Source: an uncultured Akkermansia sp. (GTDB lineage: Bacteria > Verrucomicrobiota > Verrucomicrobiia > Verrucomicrobiales > Akkermansiaceae). Taken from it: a stretch of DNA of 52,039 nt. The stretch spans positions 1 through 52,039 of the forward strand of contig CAYJID010000001.1 in assembly GCA_964370135.1 (NCBI GenBank). The letters are read 5' to 3'. The position numbers and the translations under genes are program-made. Below are positions 9,548-17,268 of the stretch, in pieces. The first letter of the stretch is position 1. Every line of letters begins with the position of its first letter. The notes below the pieces were generated by a model that was given only the letters and a program-made list of their open reading frames with translations, ran no database searches and was not told the DNA's origin.

Positions 9548-10480
9548 TTAGGACGACTGCTCCAGCATGCGCAGCAGCGAGACCTCGGCGCGTAGGCGCA
9601 GCTGCTCGTCGACGCGTACCTCGGGACTCATATCGCGGAGGCAGTTGCGGAGCTTTTCCAGCGTATTGAGCTTCATGAACTCGCACTCGGCGCAGGAGCA
9701 TTGATCCGCGTCGATGGCGATGAATTTCTTGTTCGGCACAAGCTTTTGCAAGCGGTGGAGGATGCCTGATTCTGTGACGATGATAAAACTCTCCGCCTCA
9801 GACTCGCGGCAGTAGGGGATCATCTGCTCAGTCGAGCAGATATGATCAGCGAGCAAGCGCGTGACCTCGCGGCACTCAGGGTGGCAGACCACCTTTGCCT
9901 CAGGGTGCAGGGCGCGCAGGCGCAGCACCTGCTCCTGAGTAAAGCGCTGGTGCACATGGCAAGCCCCCTTCCAGAGCGTCATCTCGCGTCCACACTGATG
10001 CGCGGTCCAAGCTCCCAGATTCTCATCGGGGACAAAGAGCAGCGGCCTATCCTGTGGCGCGGCCGCGATGATCTGGCGCGCATTGCCACTGGTGACGATC
10101 ACGTCGGCGAGAGCCTTCACACCAATAGAGCAATTCACATAGGCGATCACGTAGTAATTCTTGTCTGCATGCTGCTGGAGGAATGCTTCTAAGTCCTCGG
10201 CAGGGCAGGACTGCTCCAGCGAGCAGGCAGCGTCGACATCGGGGATGAGCACCGTCTTGCTGGGATTGAGGATGCAGGCGGTCTCGGCCATGAAATGCAC
10301 TCCACAAAAGACAATCACATCGCAATCAGCCGCCTGCGCCTGACGCGCGAGCCCGAGGGAGTCACCGACGAAGTCGGCTAGATCTTGGATTTCCCCGCGC
10401 TGGTAGCTATGGGCTAGGATGATGGCGTTTCTCTGCTTCTTGAGCGCGATGATTTCCTCTCGCAAGTCTTGGTTGGACAT
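9548..10480 (-). CDS. nadA: Quinolinate synthase
   Basis: ILAHSYQ, DFVGDSL, FCGVHFMAE, CSL, YVNCS, PDENLG, CHVH, HPEC and C.FMK motifs. Start placed at MSNQ; the longer ORF-track start lies inside a repeat element. Confidence 0.95.
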   Translation of the reverse strand: MSNQDLREEIIALKKQRNAIILAHSYQRGEIQDLADFVGDSLGLARQAQAADCDVIVFCGVHFMAETACILNPSKTVLIPDVDAACSLEQSCPAEDLEAFLQQHADKNYYVIAYVNCSIGVKALADVIVTSGNARQIIAAAPQDRPLLFVPDENLGAWTAHQCGREMTLWKGACHVHQRFTQEQVLRLRALHPEAKVVCHPECREVTRLLADHICSTEQMIPYCRESEAESFIIVTESGILHRLQKLVPNKKFIAIDADQCSCAECEFMKLNTLEKLRNCLRDMSPEVRVDEQLRLRAEVSLLRMLEQSS

Positions 10481-10545
10481 GCCCATGAGAGTAGCACGTC
10501 CAAGCCCGAGCGTCAAGCCGTGGCAGATATTTTGCCTCACCTTAT

Positions 10546-10672
10546 GGGGACCTTGCAAAATTAGTTTTGGGAAATTGCAGATTTCGAAAATGAGCGTCAC
10601 AGCACGTCTTTTGCAGCATTTTGGTGAGAATTTGCCAGCAAAATCCGAAGCTGCTCATTTTGCAAGACCCCC
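10546..10672. mobile_element. Second MITE/REP-like element with imperfect terminal inverted repeats
   Basis: Left GGGGACCTTGCAAAATTAG versus reverse complement of right end GGGGGTCTTGCAAAATGAG (16/19); lies between blc and nadA. Confidence 0.5.
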
Positions 10673-10696
10673 TCATGGCAGCTCCGCATCACAAGT

Positions 10697-11266
10697 CTAG
10701 TGCTGCGGACAGCTTTTCGTCGCGACATCCTGCGGCGTCCAGATGAGCTTGGAGGTGTCAAATCCTCGCTTCTGCGCCATCTCTAGCAGCATCGCCTTCT
10801 GCTCGTCTGTGATGGTTTTGCCACGCGCAAGCAACCATAGCAAATCCGCATCCGAGCCTGACACGAGAGCCAGCTGATAATCCTCGCTGATATAAAGAAC
10901 ATTGTAATCCCCATAAAACCACCAATAGGGCGGCACAAAGCTCACGCGCAGCTGCCCCTCCACAGCAGGATCGGGACGATGGGCGCGACCCGTGGCATCA
11001 CTCGGCTCTCCGTCGCTCTGGTGGACGCCCTCGTTGTAGACGCGTACCTTGCCGTTGTCGAGCATGGTGTAGGTGGCTTTGACCTTGATGAGTCCGTGTT
11101 CGAAGTGATTGGGGAGCCGCGCGATCTCATACCACGTGCCCATGTAGCGTGCGAGATCGAGCTTGGCTACTGTGGTCGTATCGACGGTCTTTTCTGGGGA
11201 GGCGCAGCCGAGGCTCGCAACGCAGAGACCGCAGGCGAGCAAGAATTGTTTAGCTAGTGCATTCAT
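10697..11266 (-). CDS. blc: Bacterial lipocalin lipoprotein
   Basis: Lipobox SLGC; DLARYMGTWYEIAR, LRVSF, YGDYNV and LWLLAR lipocalin motifs. Confidence 0.9.
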   Translation of the reverse strand: MNALAKQFLLACGLCVASLGCASPEKTVDTTTVAKLDLARYMGTWYEIARLPNHFEHGLIKVKATYTMLDNGKVRVYNEGVHQSDGEPSDATGRAHRPDPAVEGQLRVSFVPPYWWFYGDYNVLYISEDYQLALVSGSDADLLWLLARGKTITDEQKAMLLEMAQKRGFDTSKLIWTPQDVATKSCPQH

Positions 11267-11380
11267 GGAGTTGAGACTTGATTTTTTATTATTCGGTTCA
11301 TAATCAGTTAGATTTATAGAAGAGATGTACAGTGTAGAGCTTCTTTCTCAAAAAAAAATCATAAAAATGCAATTTTGTTC

Positions 11381-11409
11381 TTGCTTTATTTCAGAAAAAC
11401 CAGTACTAT
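11381..11409 (+). promoter_or_regulatory. sigma70-type promoter for the tRNA pair
   Basis: TTGCTT-17 bp-TACTAT followed by GC-rich discriminator GTGCCCGC and preceded by an A-rich UP-like tract. Confidence 0.6.
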
Positions 11410-11443
11410 GTGCCCGCACCTCTGCCACAGAGGTTCAAAAAAA

Positions 11444-11516
11444 GGCTCAGTAGCTCAGTCGGTAGAGCAGCGGATTGAAAATCCGCGTGTCGGCGGTTCG
11501 AATCCGTCCTGAGCCA
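11444..11516 (+). tRNA. tRNA-Phe (GAA)
   Basis: GGCTCAG/CTGAGCC acceptor stem, TAGCTCAGTCGGTAGAGC D-arm, GCGGA-TTGAAAA-TCCGC anticodon arm, GGTTCGAATCC T-arm; CCA not encoded. Confidence 0.96.
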
Positions 11517-11549
11517 TTTTTTAATACTCCCAATCAACCAAAACACCTT

Positions 11550-11623
11550 CGGGGTGTAGCTCAGCCTGGTAGAGCGCCAGCTTTGGGAGCTGGATGTCGT
11601 AGGTTCGAATCCTGTCGCCCCGA
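11550..11623 (+). tRNA. tRNA-Pro (TGG), prophage integration target
   Basis: CGGGGTG/CGCCCCG acceptor stem, CCAGC-TTTGGGA-GCTGG anticodon arm, GGTTCGAATCC T-arm; 3' end duplicated at 49405. Confidence 0.96.
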
Positions 11624-11630
11624 CTCAATA
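11608..11630 (+). repeat. attL (23-bp direct repeat)
   Basis: AATCCTGTCGCCCCGACTCAATA identical at 11608-11630 and 49405-49427. Confidence 0.95.
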
Positions 11631-11676
11631 GCAAAGGGTTGTAATGGCTAATAGCCGTTACAACCCTTTGCTGTTG
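11626..11676 (+). terminator. Long hairpin right after tRNA-Pro/attL (phage-supplied terminator or processing stem)
   Basis: CAATAGCAAAGGGTTGTAATGGCT ... AGCCGTTACAACCCTTTGCTGTTG, ~24-bp stem including G-U pairs. Confidence 0.65.
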
Positions 11677-11720
11677 CTCATTTTCATCTTGACCTGCGGT
11701 TTGTACTGGTCTACAGTTGG

Positions 11721-11793
11721 GGGCACAAAGCAGGGGTACAAGACCCCAAAAGGGTACATATGAGGGCACATCTTTTAGGGCTCAAGGGGTACA
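11721..11793 (+). promoter_or_regulatory. Probable integrase arm-type binding sites (left)
   Basis: GGGYACA at 11721, 11734, 11752, 11764 and 11787; same motif near attR. Confidence 0.65.
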
Positions 11794-11830
11794 CTTTTTT
11801 AGCTGAACTTTTAAATTCAAATTAAATTTT

Positions 11831-13003
11831 ATGGCGCACTTGAAACAAAGAGGGAAGACGTGGTTCGCCGTCTGGACACAAGACGGAAAGCGTGTCGTCA
11901 AATCGACGGGCGTGAAGGTCGAGGGCGAGCTCACCAAGGCCAAGCAGAAGCAGCTTGCCTATGCGACGGCTCAATCTATGGAGGCTGCCGCGAAGGGCGC
12001 GCTCACCATGGATGCGGCTCTGCAAGCCGTGCGCACGGCTTCTGTCTCTCTCGGACTGGGGACAAACATGCCGACGGTGAAGGGCTATCTCAGCGAGTAT
12101 GAGCCAACAGGACAAGCCCAGAATGTCTCTAATGCGCGGCGCGCCATCGTGCGCTTTCTCGACTTCGCGCGTGACCATCATAGCACGAAACTCGACGCGC
12201 TGCCCGTGTCTGTGTGTCGTGAGTGGCTCTTGGCTGAATCAAGGCGTGTGTCCGAAGGCACCGTCGGGAATTATAAAAAAGCCCTGAATGCCGCCTACCA
12301 AAAGGCGGTGAGAGATGAGGTGCTCTCAAGAAATCCCTTCTCTCTCCTGCGCATGTCTGATGTCATTGATAAGGCCGTCGCGGTTCGCTCCGTCAAGAGA
12401 CAGCCCTTCTCTCTGGAGGAGATGCAGCTGCTTTTCCGCGAGCTTCCCTACCCTTGGCGTGAGATGGTGCTTATTTCGTTCTTCACAGGGGGGCAGCGCA
12501 TCGGCGATGTGGCTACACTGCGTTGGGACAGTATCGACCTTGAGAAGCGATTGATCAGACTTCGCACGCAGAAGACAGGCCATGCGCTCGAGGTGCCTAT
12601 TGTTCCCGCTCTGGAGGCGTGTCTGCGCGCGCAGATGAAGGGAGCTCTCAGTGATGAGGTGTACGTGCTCCCCTCCATGGCCGAGCGGTATCGGCGACAG
12701 GCTAGCACTGTGTCAAGTGAGTTCACAGGGCTGCTTCGTGGCCTAGGAGTCATCGCGCCTCTTAGTGCCACGACTAAAAAGCGCGGCGATGAGAGGAAGG
12801 TCGTGGCGAACAAGAGCTTTCACTCCATTCGTCACACGGTCGTCTCGATGCTTCGCGCTTCTAATTTGGTCTCGCCTGACCTAGCGCGCGCTATTGTGGG
12901 GCATGATTCCGAGGAGGTCGAGCGCGCCTATTTCACCGCCTCTCATGATGACAAGCTCGCAGGGCTTGAGCTGCTGCAAAGCGCGATTGAGCAGCCTTCT
13001 TGA
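11831..13003 (+). CDS. int: Tyrosine recombinase / phage integrase
   Basis: Catalytic R (GGQRIGD), K (TQKTG), HxxR (FHSIRH), H (VGHDS), Y (RAYF); N-terminal arm-binding-like segment; next to attL. Confidence 0.95.
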   Translation: MAHLKQRGKTWFAVWTQDGKRVVKSTGVKVEGELTKAKQKQLAYATAQSMEAAAKGALTMDAALQAVRTASVSLGLGTNMPTVKGYLSEYEPTGQAQNVSNARRAIVRFLDFARDHHSTKLDALPVSVCREWLLAESRRVSEGTVGNYKKALNAAYQKAVRDEVLSRNPFSLLRMSDVIDKAVAVRSVKRQPFSLEEMQLLFRELPYPWREMVLISFFTGGQRIGDVATLRWDSIDLEKRLIRLRTQKTGHALEVPIVPALEACLRAQMKGALSDEVYVLPSMAERYRRQASTVSSEFTGLLRGLGVIAPLSATTKKRGDERKVVANKSFHSIRHTVVSMLRASNLVSPDLARAIVGHDSEEVERAYFTASHDDKLAGLELLQSAIEQPS

Positions 13004-13024
13004 AGCATCTCTGCGGTATTACGC

Positions 13025-13315
13025 CTAACAAGACTTGCGGGCTATCCCGTACACGGCAGCGATGCTCGCGAGGTTCACCCATTGCCAGATGTCGCGCCCG
13101 AGCGCGAGCGGGAAGAGGGGCTGGTAGAGGAGTATGAGCGCGGCACTGAGGATGAGCAGTAGCTCGCGGTGGCGGCTCTCGCGGTGTAGGTGGATGTAAA
13201 AGCTATAGCTCGCGTAGGCGGTGACGGCGAGGCGCAGAAAGGTGTAGTAGCCGTAGGGCATGTCGAGCCACGCCAGCAGCAGCAGCGCGGCTATGAGGTG
13301 GGGCAGGTAGCGCAT
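13025..13315 (-). CDS. Small membrane protein (DUF6804-like)
   Basis: MPYGYYTFLRLAV...LYQPLFPLALGRDIWQWVN pattern recalled for this family; three hydrophobic segments. Confidence 0.65.
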   Translation of the reverse strand: MRYLPHLIAALLLLAWLDMPYGYYTFLRLAVTAYASYSFYIHLHRESRHRELLLILSAALILLYQPLFPLALGRDIWQWVNLASIAAVYGIARKSC

Positions 13316-13320
13316 GCTTA

Positions 13321-14049
13321 TTATTTTTTGTATTTCCTCATTTTTATAGAACCGCCTTGAGTGTATATTGTCTCTCGTTCGTATTGTGGCGTTTGTTCAA
13401 AGAAGTATTTATTGCCTATGAAGTTGAGCTGTGAGATAGTGTTTGTCTTTTGCTGCTCTTTGAGCCATAGTCCGATTTTTGTTACTTCTGTTACGCCTAC
13501 TTGTGTGGTAAGGAGGTTGGCTATTTCTTCTTCACTATGGGGTTTATTGATTCCCTTTTCTATGGAGTATTTGCACCGCGCGGCAAAGTGGGCTAGCATG
13601 ATGTAGGTGTCGTCACATACTTCTGCGTAGTATTTGATGCGGTCGATAAGACATGTCATCTGCTCATCTCGGTATTGGTGCAGGGGATAGAGTGGCGTGT
13701 TGTAGGCAAGGATGCTTTGAAATTTTGGCAAGTATTCCTCTAGGTCAAAGCGGCGTTGACTCTGGAGAATGGCTAGGGTGTAGATGAGGTGGAGGGCTTC
13801 GCCTTGCTCTGCTGCGGTGGGGAATAGCCCTGAGGCTTTTATCTTGTCGAGTATGTTGTCGTAGGCGTTCTTGAGCTCAGATTCGATGTGATAGATTCGA
13901 AAGTTGTGATGGAATGCTTCTTCTCGCTTTTCGCTTGCGGCTTGCGCTTCTTCTCGTTCTTTCTTTGTAGGCAAGAAGACTTTGCGCCATGTGTTTAAAT
14001 AGTATAGTACTAGTACTGCGCCTCCTATGTAGGCTATGATGTATTCCAT
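13321..14049 (-). CDS. Hypothetical membrane-anchored protein (AT-rich prophage accessory gene)
   Basis: 242-aa ORF with N-terminal TM helix then a coiled segment; visibly AT-richer than flanks. Confidence 0.7.
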   Translation of the reverse strand: MEYIIAYIGGAVLVLYYLNTWRKVFLPTKKEREEAQAASEKREEAFHHNFRIYHIESELKNAYDNILDKIKASGLFPTAAEQGEALHLIYTLAILQSQRRFDLEEYLPKFQSILAYNTPLYPLHQYRDEQMTCLIDRIKYYAEVCDDTYIMLAHFAARCKYSIEKGINKPHSEEEIANLLTTQVGVTEVTKIGLWLKEQQKTNTISQLNFIGNKYFFEQTPQYERETIYTQGGSIKMRKYKK

Positions 14050-14057
14050 ATGTGATT

Positions 14058-14525
14058 TTATTGGCTGGTGCGTGATGGGGGGCGTGTGGCTAGTAGCCAG
14101 ATGATGATGAGGGTGATGCTGATGGGGCTTGTCCAGAGATGCTCTTGGGCAGTGATAGCCAGAGGGGCTAGGGGGCGATTGATCACGATGAGGCTGCTTG
14201 TGGTGGCAAGCGAGATGAATGCAGGTAGGTGTGAGCGGTGGCGGCTGGGTGATTGTGTCACGAATGGTGCATATAGCGCGCTGAGTGCGTAGAGGCTCAC
14301 TAGTGAGTACATCATGCTGATGTAGCTCTCATCGTGATAGAATATAGCGATGAGTAGCAGCAGGATGGCGAGTACACTGGAGCCTATTCTGAGCTGCTGG
14401 CATCCTCTCTCATCTATGTCTATATGACGGTGTATCCAGTCTCCAATCCATTGATGACAAAAAAGCAATAATAATAGAACTGTATATGTTGCGCCGGTCG
14501 CTGGGGTATTCAGTGCTTCTAACAT
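14058..14525 (-). CDS. Hypothetical multi-pass membrane protein (prophage accessory gene)
   Basis: 155 aa with about five hydrophobic segments; codirectional with the two downstream genes. Confidence 0.6.
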   Translation of the reverse strand: MLEALNTPATGATYTVLLLLLFCHQWIGDWIHRHIDIDERGCQQLRIGSSVLAILLLLIAIFYHDESYISMMYSLVSLYALSALYAPFVTQSPSRHRSHLPAFISLATTSSLIVINRPLAPLAITAQEHLWTSPISITLIIIWLLATRPPSRTSQ

Positions 14526-14811
14526 TTTCTAGGGTATTCTATATCAGTTTGTAGTCCGAATGTATTCTAGAGAATTTCAAGGCGTGCTTTCAAGTCTTTT
14601 TTTACAGCTGAGCCCCTTATAACGCTAGGCTCTATTCTCATCGAAATACACATGATTGACAGTCTAACAAAAAATAAGCCTTCGCATGCTTTACAAACGC
14701 CTTGCTCTCCCCCTGTTAGACACATGCTCTTCTTTCAACCTAAATTTTGTACTACGTCTAACAAATCAAAATTTCAATTTAAAAAAAATGAAAAAATATG
14801 CAATTTTAATG

Positions 14812-14841
14812 TTGACGACGGTGTATCCCACCTGCTATAGT
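14812..14841 (+). promoter_or_regulatory. Promoter with operator for RHH gene 1
   Basis: TTGACG-18 bp-TATAGT with TGn extension; GGTGTATCCCACC (14820-14832) lies in the spacer; ATG 7 nt after the -10. Confidence 0.7.
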
Positions 14842-14847
14842 CTCTCT

Positions 14848-15024
14848 ATGCCAGGACAGCGAGCAACAAACAAGCAACAATTCACAGCTGCCTTTACAAA
14901 ACATGAATTAAAGCAGATTGATGAATGCGCTAAGAAACTAGGTATTAGTAGAACTGAATTTCTACGACGTGCTGCCATGGAGTCAGTTAACGAACAAAAT
15001 ACTAACAAAAATAATGACAACTAA
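14848..15024 (+). CDS. Ribbon-helix-helix (CopG-like) regulator 1
   Basis: FTAAFTKHELKQIDECAKKLGISRTEFLRRAA is a typical RHH pattern. Confidence 0.8.
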   Translation: MPGQRATNKQQFTAAFTKHELKQIDECAKKLGISRTEFLRRAAMESVNEQNTNKNNDN

Positions 15025-15102
15025 AACCAAAGATTCGGGTGTATCCCACCGCAAGGCGGTTTCTGCATCCATACTCGGTTATGAATTTTGCATACTTTTT
15101 TA

Positions 15103-15131
15103 TTGACTAAGGTTTATCAAACCTGTAATAT
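15103..15131 (+). promoter_or_regulatory. Promoter with operator for RHH gene 2
   Basis: TTGACT-17 bp-TAATAT; GGTTTATCAAACC (15111-15123) in the spacer; GTG start 7 nt after the -10. Confidence 0.7.
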
Positions 15132-15137
15132 GACTTT

Positions 15138-15350
15138 GTGCCCAATCAGCCTGCAAAAGACAAACGTAATATTTCTATCCAAATCAAAAGAACACTTTTT
15201 GTGAAAATAGAAAAACTTGCAATAAGTCATGGCATTCGTGTTTCTGATTTTTGTCGAATGGTGTTAGAAGAGGCATGTAACAATGTAGAATTAACTGCCG
15301 AAGACTATGAACGAATCGCAAAAGAAATTAGAGCAGCAGGAGGGAACTGA
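15138..15350 (+). CDS. Ribbon-helix-helix regulator 2
   Basis: NISIQIKRTLFVKIEKLAISHGIRVSDFCRMVLEEA RHH pattern. Confidence 0.75.
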   Translation: MPNQPAKDKRNISIQIKRTLFVKIEKLAISHGIRVSDFCRMVLEEACNNVELTAEDYERIAKEIRAAGGN

Positions 15351-15531
15351 AACAGTTCTTCTGCAAATCAAAGTACCTTACCTATTGCGTGAGGAATTGA
15401 GAGTAAAAGCCAAACAGGAAAGAAGAAGCCTCAGCGCGCAAGCAGCAATTTTTTTAGAAGAAGGTTTAACAAACCCTAAATTCTTAAATGATATCACTAC
15501 TCGCGCAACTTTTATTTCTTCGCAGGTTTAA
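15307..15531 (+). CDS. Arc/Mnt-like ribbon-helix-helix regulator 3
   Basis: LQIKVPYLLREELRVKAKQERRSLSAQAAIFLEEGL closely follows the Arc repressor pattern. Confidence 0.8.
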   Translation: MNESQKKLEQQEGTETVLLQIKVPYLLREELRVKAKQERRSLSAQAAIFLEEGLTNPKFLNDITTRATFISSQV

Positions 15532-15562
15532 CAAACCTGACAATCAACCCCCAAAAACCAAC

Positions 15563-16258
15563 ATGAACATACCACAACTAACATACGAAGAAGTAACCGT
15601 CCCCGCAGGGGCGAATCAGAAGAAGAAGACTCTCGCCGACGTGCAGAAGCTCTCCGATTGGCTATATAACTACGGCAAGAGCTCAGGTGCTCACTATTGG
15701 CCCTCTATATGCGCCGACATGGAAGACGGCGCAGCCGGCTTTGCTGTATATGAACCTACACAAAACCCCGATGATGAGGAATCACGCGAAACTTTACGTG
15801 TCTTTGTCGATATGGAGGGTGATTGGCAGACTCTTCTTTACTACATGACAGTAGATCATCTCAAGCAGCTCTATGGCTATGAGGAGGAGGCAGAAGCCCA
15901 CGCTATACCCGCTGAGTCGAGTACGGTGTGCCACATGTCACTGGCGGAGCTCTATGAGGGCTCCGTGTCTTGTGACAATGAGGATGATGTCACCTCCGAG
16001 CAGTGCGAAGCTCAGCCCGAGTGTGCGGTGCCGAGTAACTGTCTGCTGCTGACGCTGGATGAAGCGCGCGCGGTGCATCGTAATGATTATATCACGTATC
16101 GTCACGCTGACGATGTCGTGAGCAAGTACGAAGTAGGGCGCCCTACGCCTCTGCTAGGTACTCCCTACTATGTCGTGGCTCAGCATATGGGGCGTGATAA
16201 TGCTCTGCGCCTGCTAGTCATCACGCTCGACGTGATGCGTGATGTGTACTCCCTCTAA
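15563..16258 (+). CDS. Hypothetical phage protein (acidic)
   Basis: Start chosen at ATG after the A/C-rich leader CCAAAAACCAAC; 231 aa, no family recognised. Confidence 0.7.
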   Translation: MNIPQLTYEEVTVPAGANQKKKTLADVQKLSDWLYNYGKSSGAHYWPSICADMEDGAAGFAVYEPTQNPDDEESRETLRVFVDMEGDWQTLLYYMTVDHLKQLYGYEEEAEAHAIPAESSTVCHMSLAELYEGSVSCDNEDDVTSEQCEAQPECAVPSNCLLLTLDEARAVHRNDYITYRHADDVVSKYEVGRPTPLLGTPYYVVAQHMGRDNALRLLVITLDVMRDVYSL

Positions 16259-16278
16259 CTAGAGAAAGGGAAAGAATC

Positions 16279-16650
16279 ATGAGTGATACTACTGATACTA
16301 TCCTAGACGCGGCACGCCGTGTGTCTGAGCCCTCTGCTGTGTGCTCTACGGAGCAGGTGGCGGCGATGCTGGCCGAGATGATGCGTATCATCTCAGCGCA
16401 GCTGGAGCGCCCTGTAAAGCAGGGCTATGCTACGCGCTCGCAGCTCTCGGCGTATTATGGCTATGAGTCGCCGAAGGGATTCGACGCGGCTCTTGATATG
16501 CTGCTGGTGAAGTACTCAGACCAGATTCGCCGCTTCACGCCCGAGTATGTGGGCGCGCGTGGCAAGATGGTCAAGGGCTATGAGCGGCTCTGCATCGAGG
16601 ATGTCACGCGTGTCGTGATCCTCCACCATGGAAAGGGGAAGGTGAGATGA
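16279..16650 (+). CDS. Hypothetical phage protein, possibly HTH/excisionase-like
   Basis: YATRSQLSAYYG segment resembles the first helix of excisionase-type HTHs; weak. Confidence 0.55.
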   Translation: MSDTTDTILDAARRVSEPSAVCSTEQVAAMLAEMMRIISAQLERPVKQGYATRSQLSAYYGYESPKGFDAALDMLLVKYSDQIRRFTPEYVGARGKMVKGYERLCIEDVTRVVILHHGKGKVR

Positions 16651-17264
16651 TGCTGCTACTAGAACAGAAGACAGGGCTATTTGACGCTCTGGTGCATGAG
16701 GCTCTATATCTGTGTCCGATGAGGTCTGTGTGTCTCCAGAAAGATGAGGATGCGCGCGCGGTCATGCTGACATTTCTCGCGCAGTATCGTGATCTGATCC
16801 TGAAAGAGGTGTCCGAGGCTGGTCGAGAGCAGCTGCTGGAAATAGAGCGTGAGCACATCAATGAACTATGCGCGATTGGTGATTTCGTCCGCTATGATCA
16901 TATAAATATGCTACTCAAGATCAAGGCCAATTTCAGTTACCTCAAATTGAGGGGCTTCGGCTCTGCGGTGCGCTCTCTGCTCTCGGCTCGTGAATATCTG
17001 CAGGTGAGCTACATTCTTGAGTGGGGGGGTCGCATGCTCGAGCATGCGACCTGTCGCGAGGATTGTTGGAAATTCGTCGCGAATATGACGGCTGGTAGAG
17101 TATTCGATCTACTCTGGGGTATCACCAAACCTCAAGGGCTGCGGGCATTCATCTCGCGTGTGAATGTCGAGGTGCGTGACTGCGAGGTGCGCCAGAAGAC
17201 GGTAGAGAAAGCGATGTATGCCTATAATTCTCTTCCTCACTGGGGCAAGCCTATAGAGCTGTAA
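16647..17264 (+). CDS. Hypothetical phage protein
   Basis: 205-aa ORF coupled to the upstream gene by an ATGA overlap. Confidence 0.65.
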   Translation: MMLLLEQKTGLFDALVHEALYLCPMRSVCLQKDEDARAVMLTFLAQYRDLILKEVSEAGREQLLEIEREHINELCAIGDFVRYDHINMLLKIKANFSYLKLRGFGSAVRSLLSAREYLQVSYILEWGGRMLEHATCREDCWKFVANMTAGRVFDLLWGITKPQGLRAFISRVNVEVRDCEVRQKTVEKAMYAYNSLPHWGKPIEL

Positions 17265-17268
17265 AACT

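Noticed and set aside
10481..10600. N-terminal extension of NadA given in the ORF track
   Set aside because: It runs into an inverted-repeat element and does not resemble NadA; the start at 10480 (or 10486) fits better.
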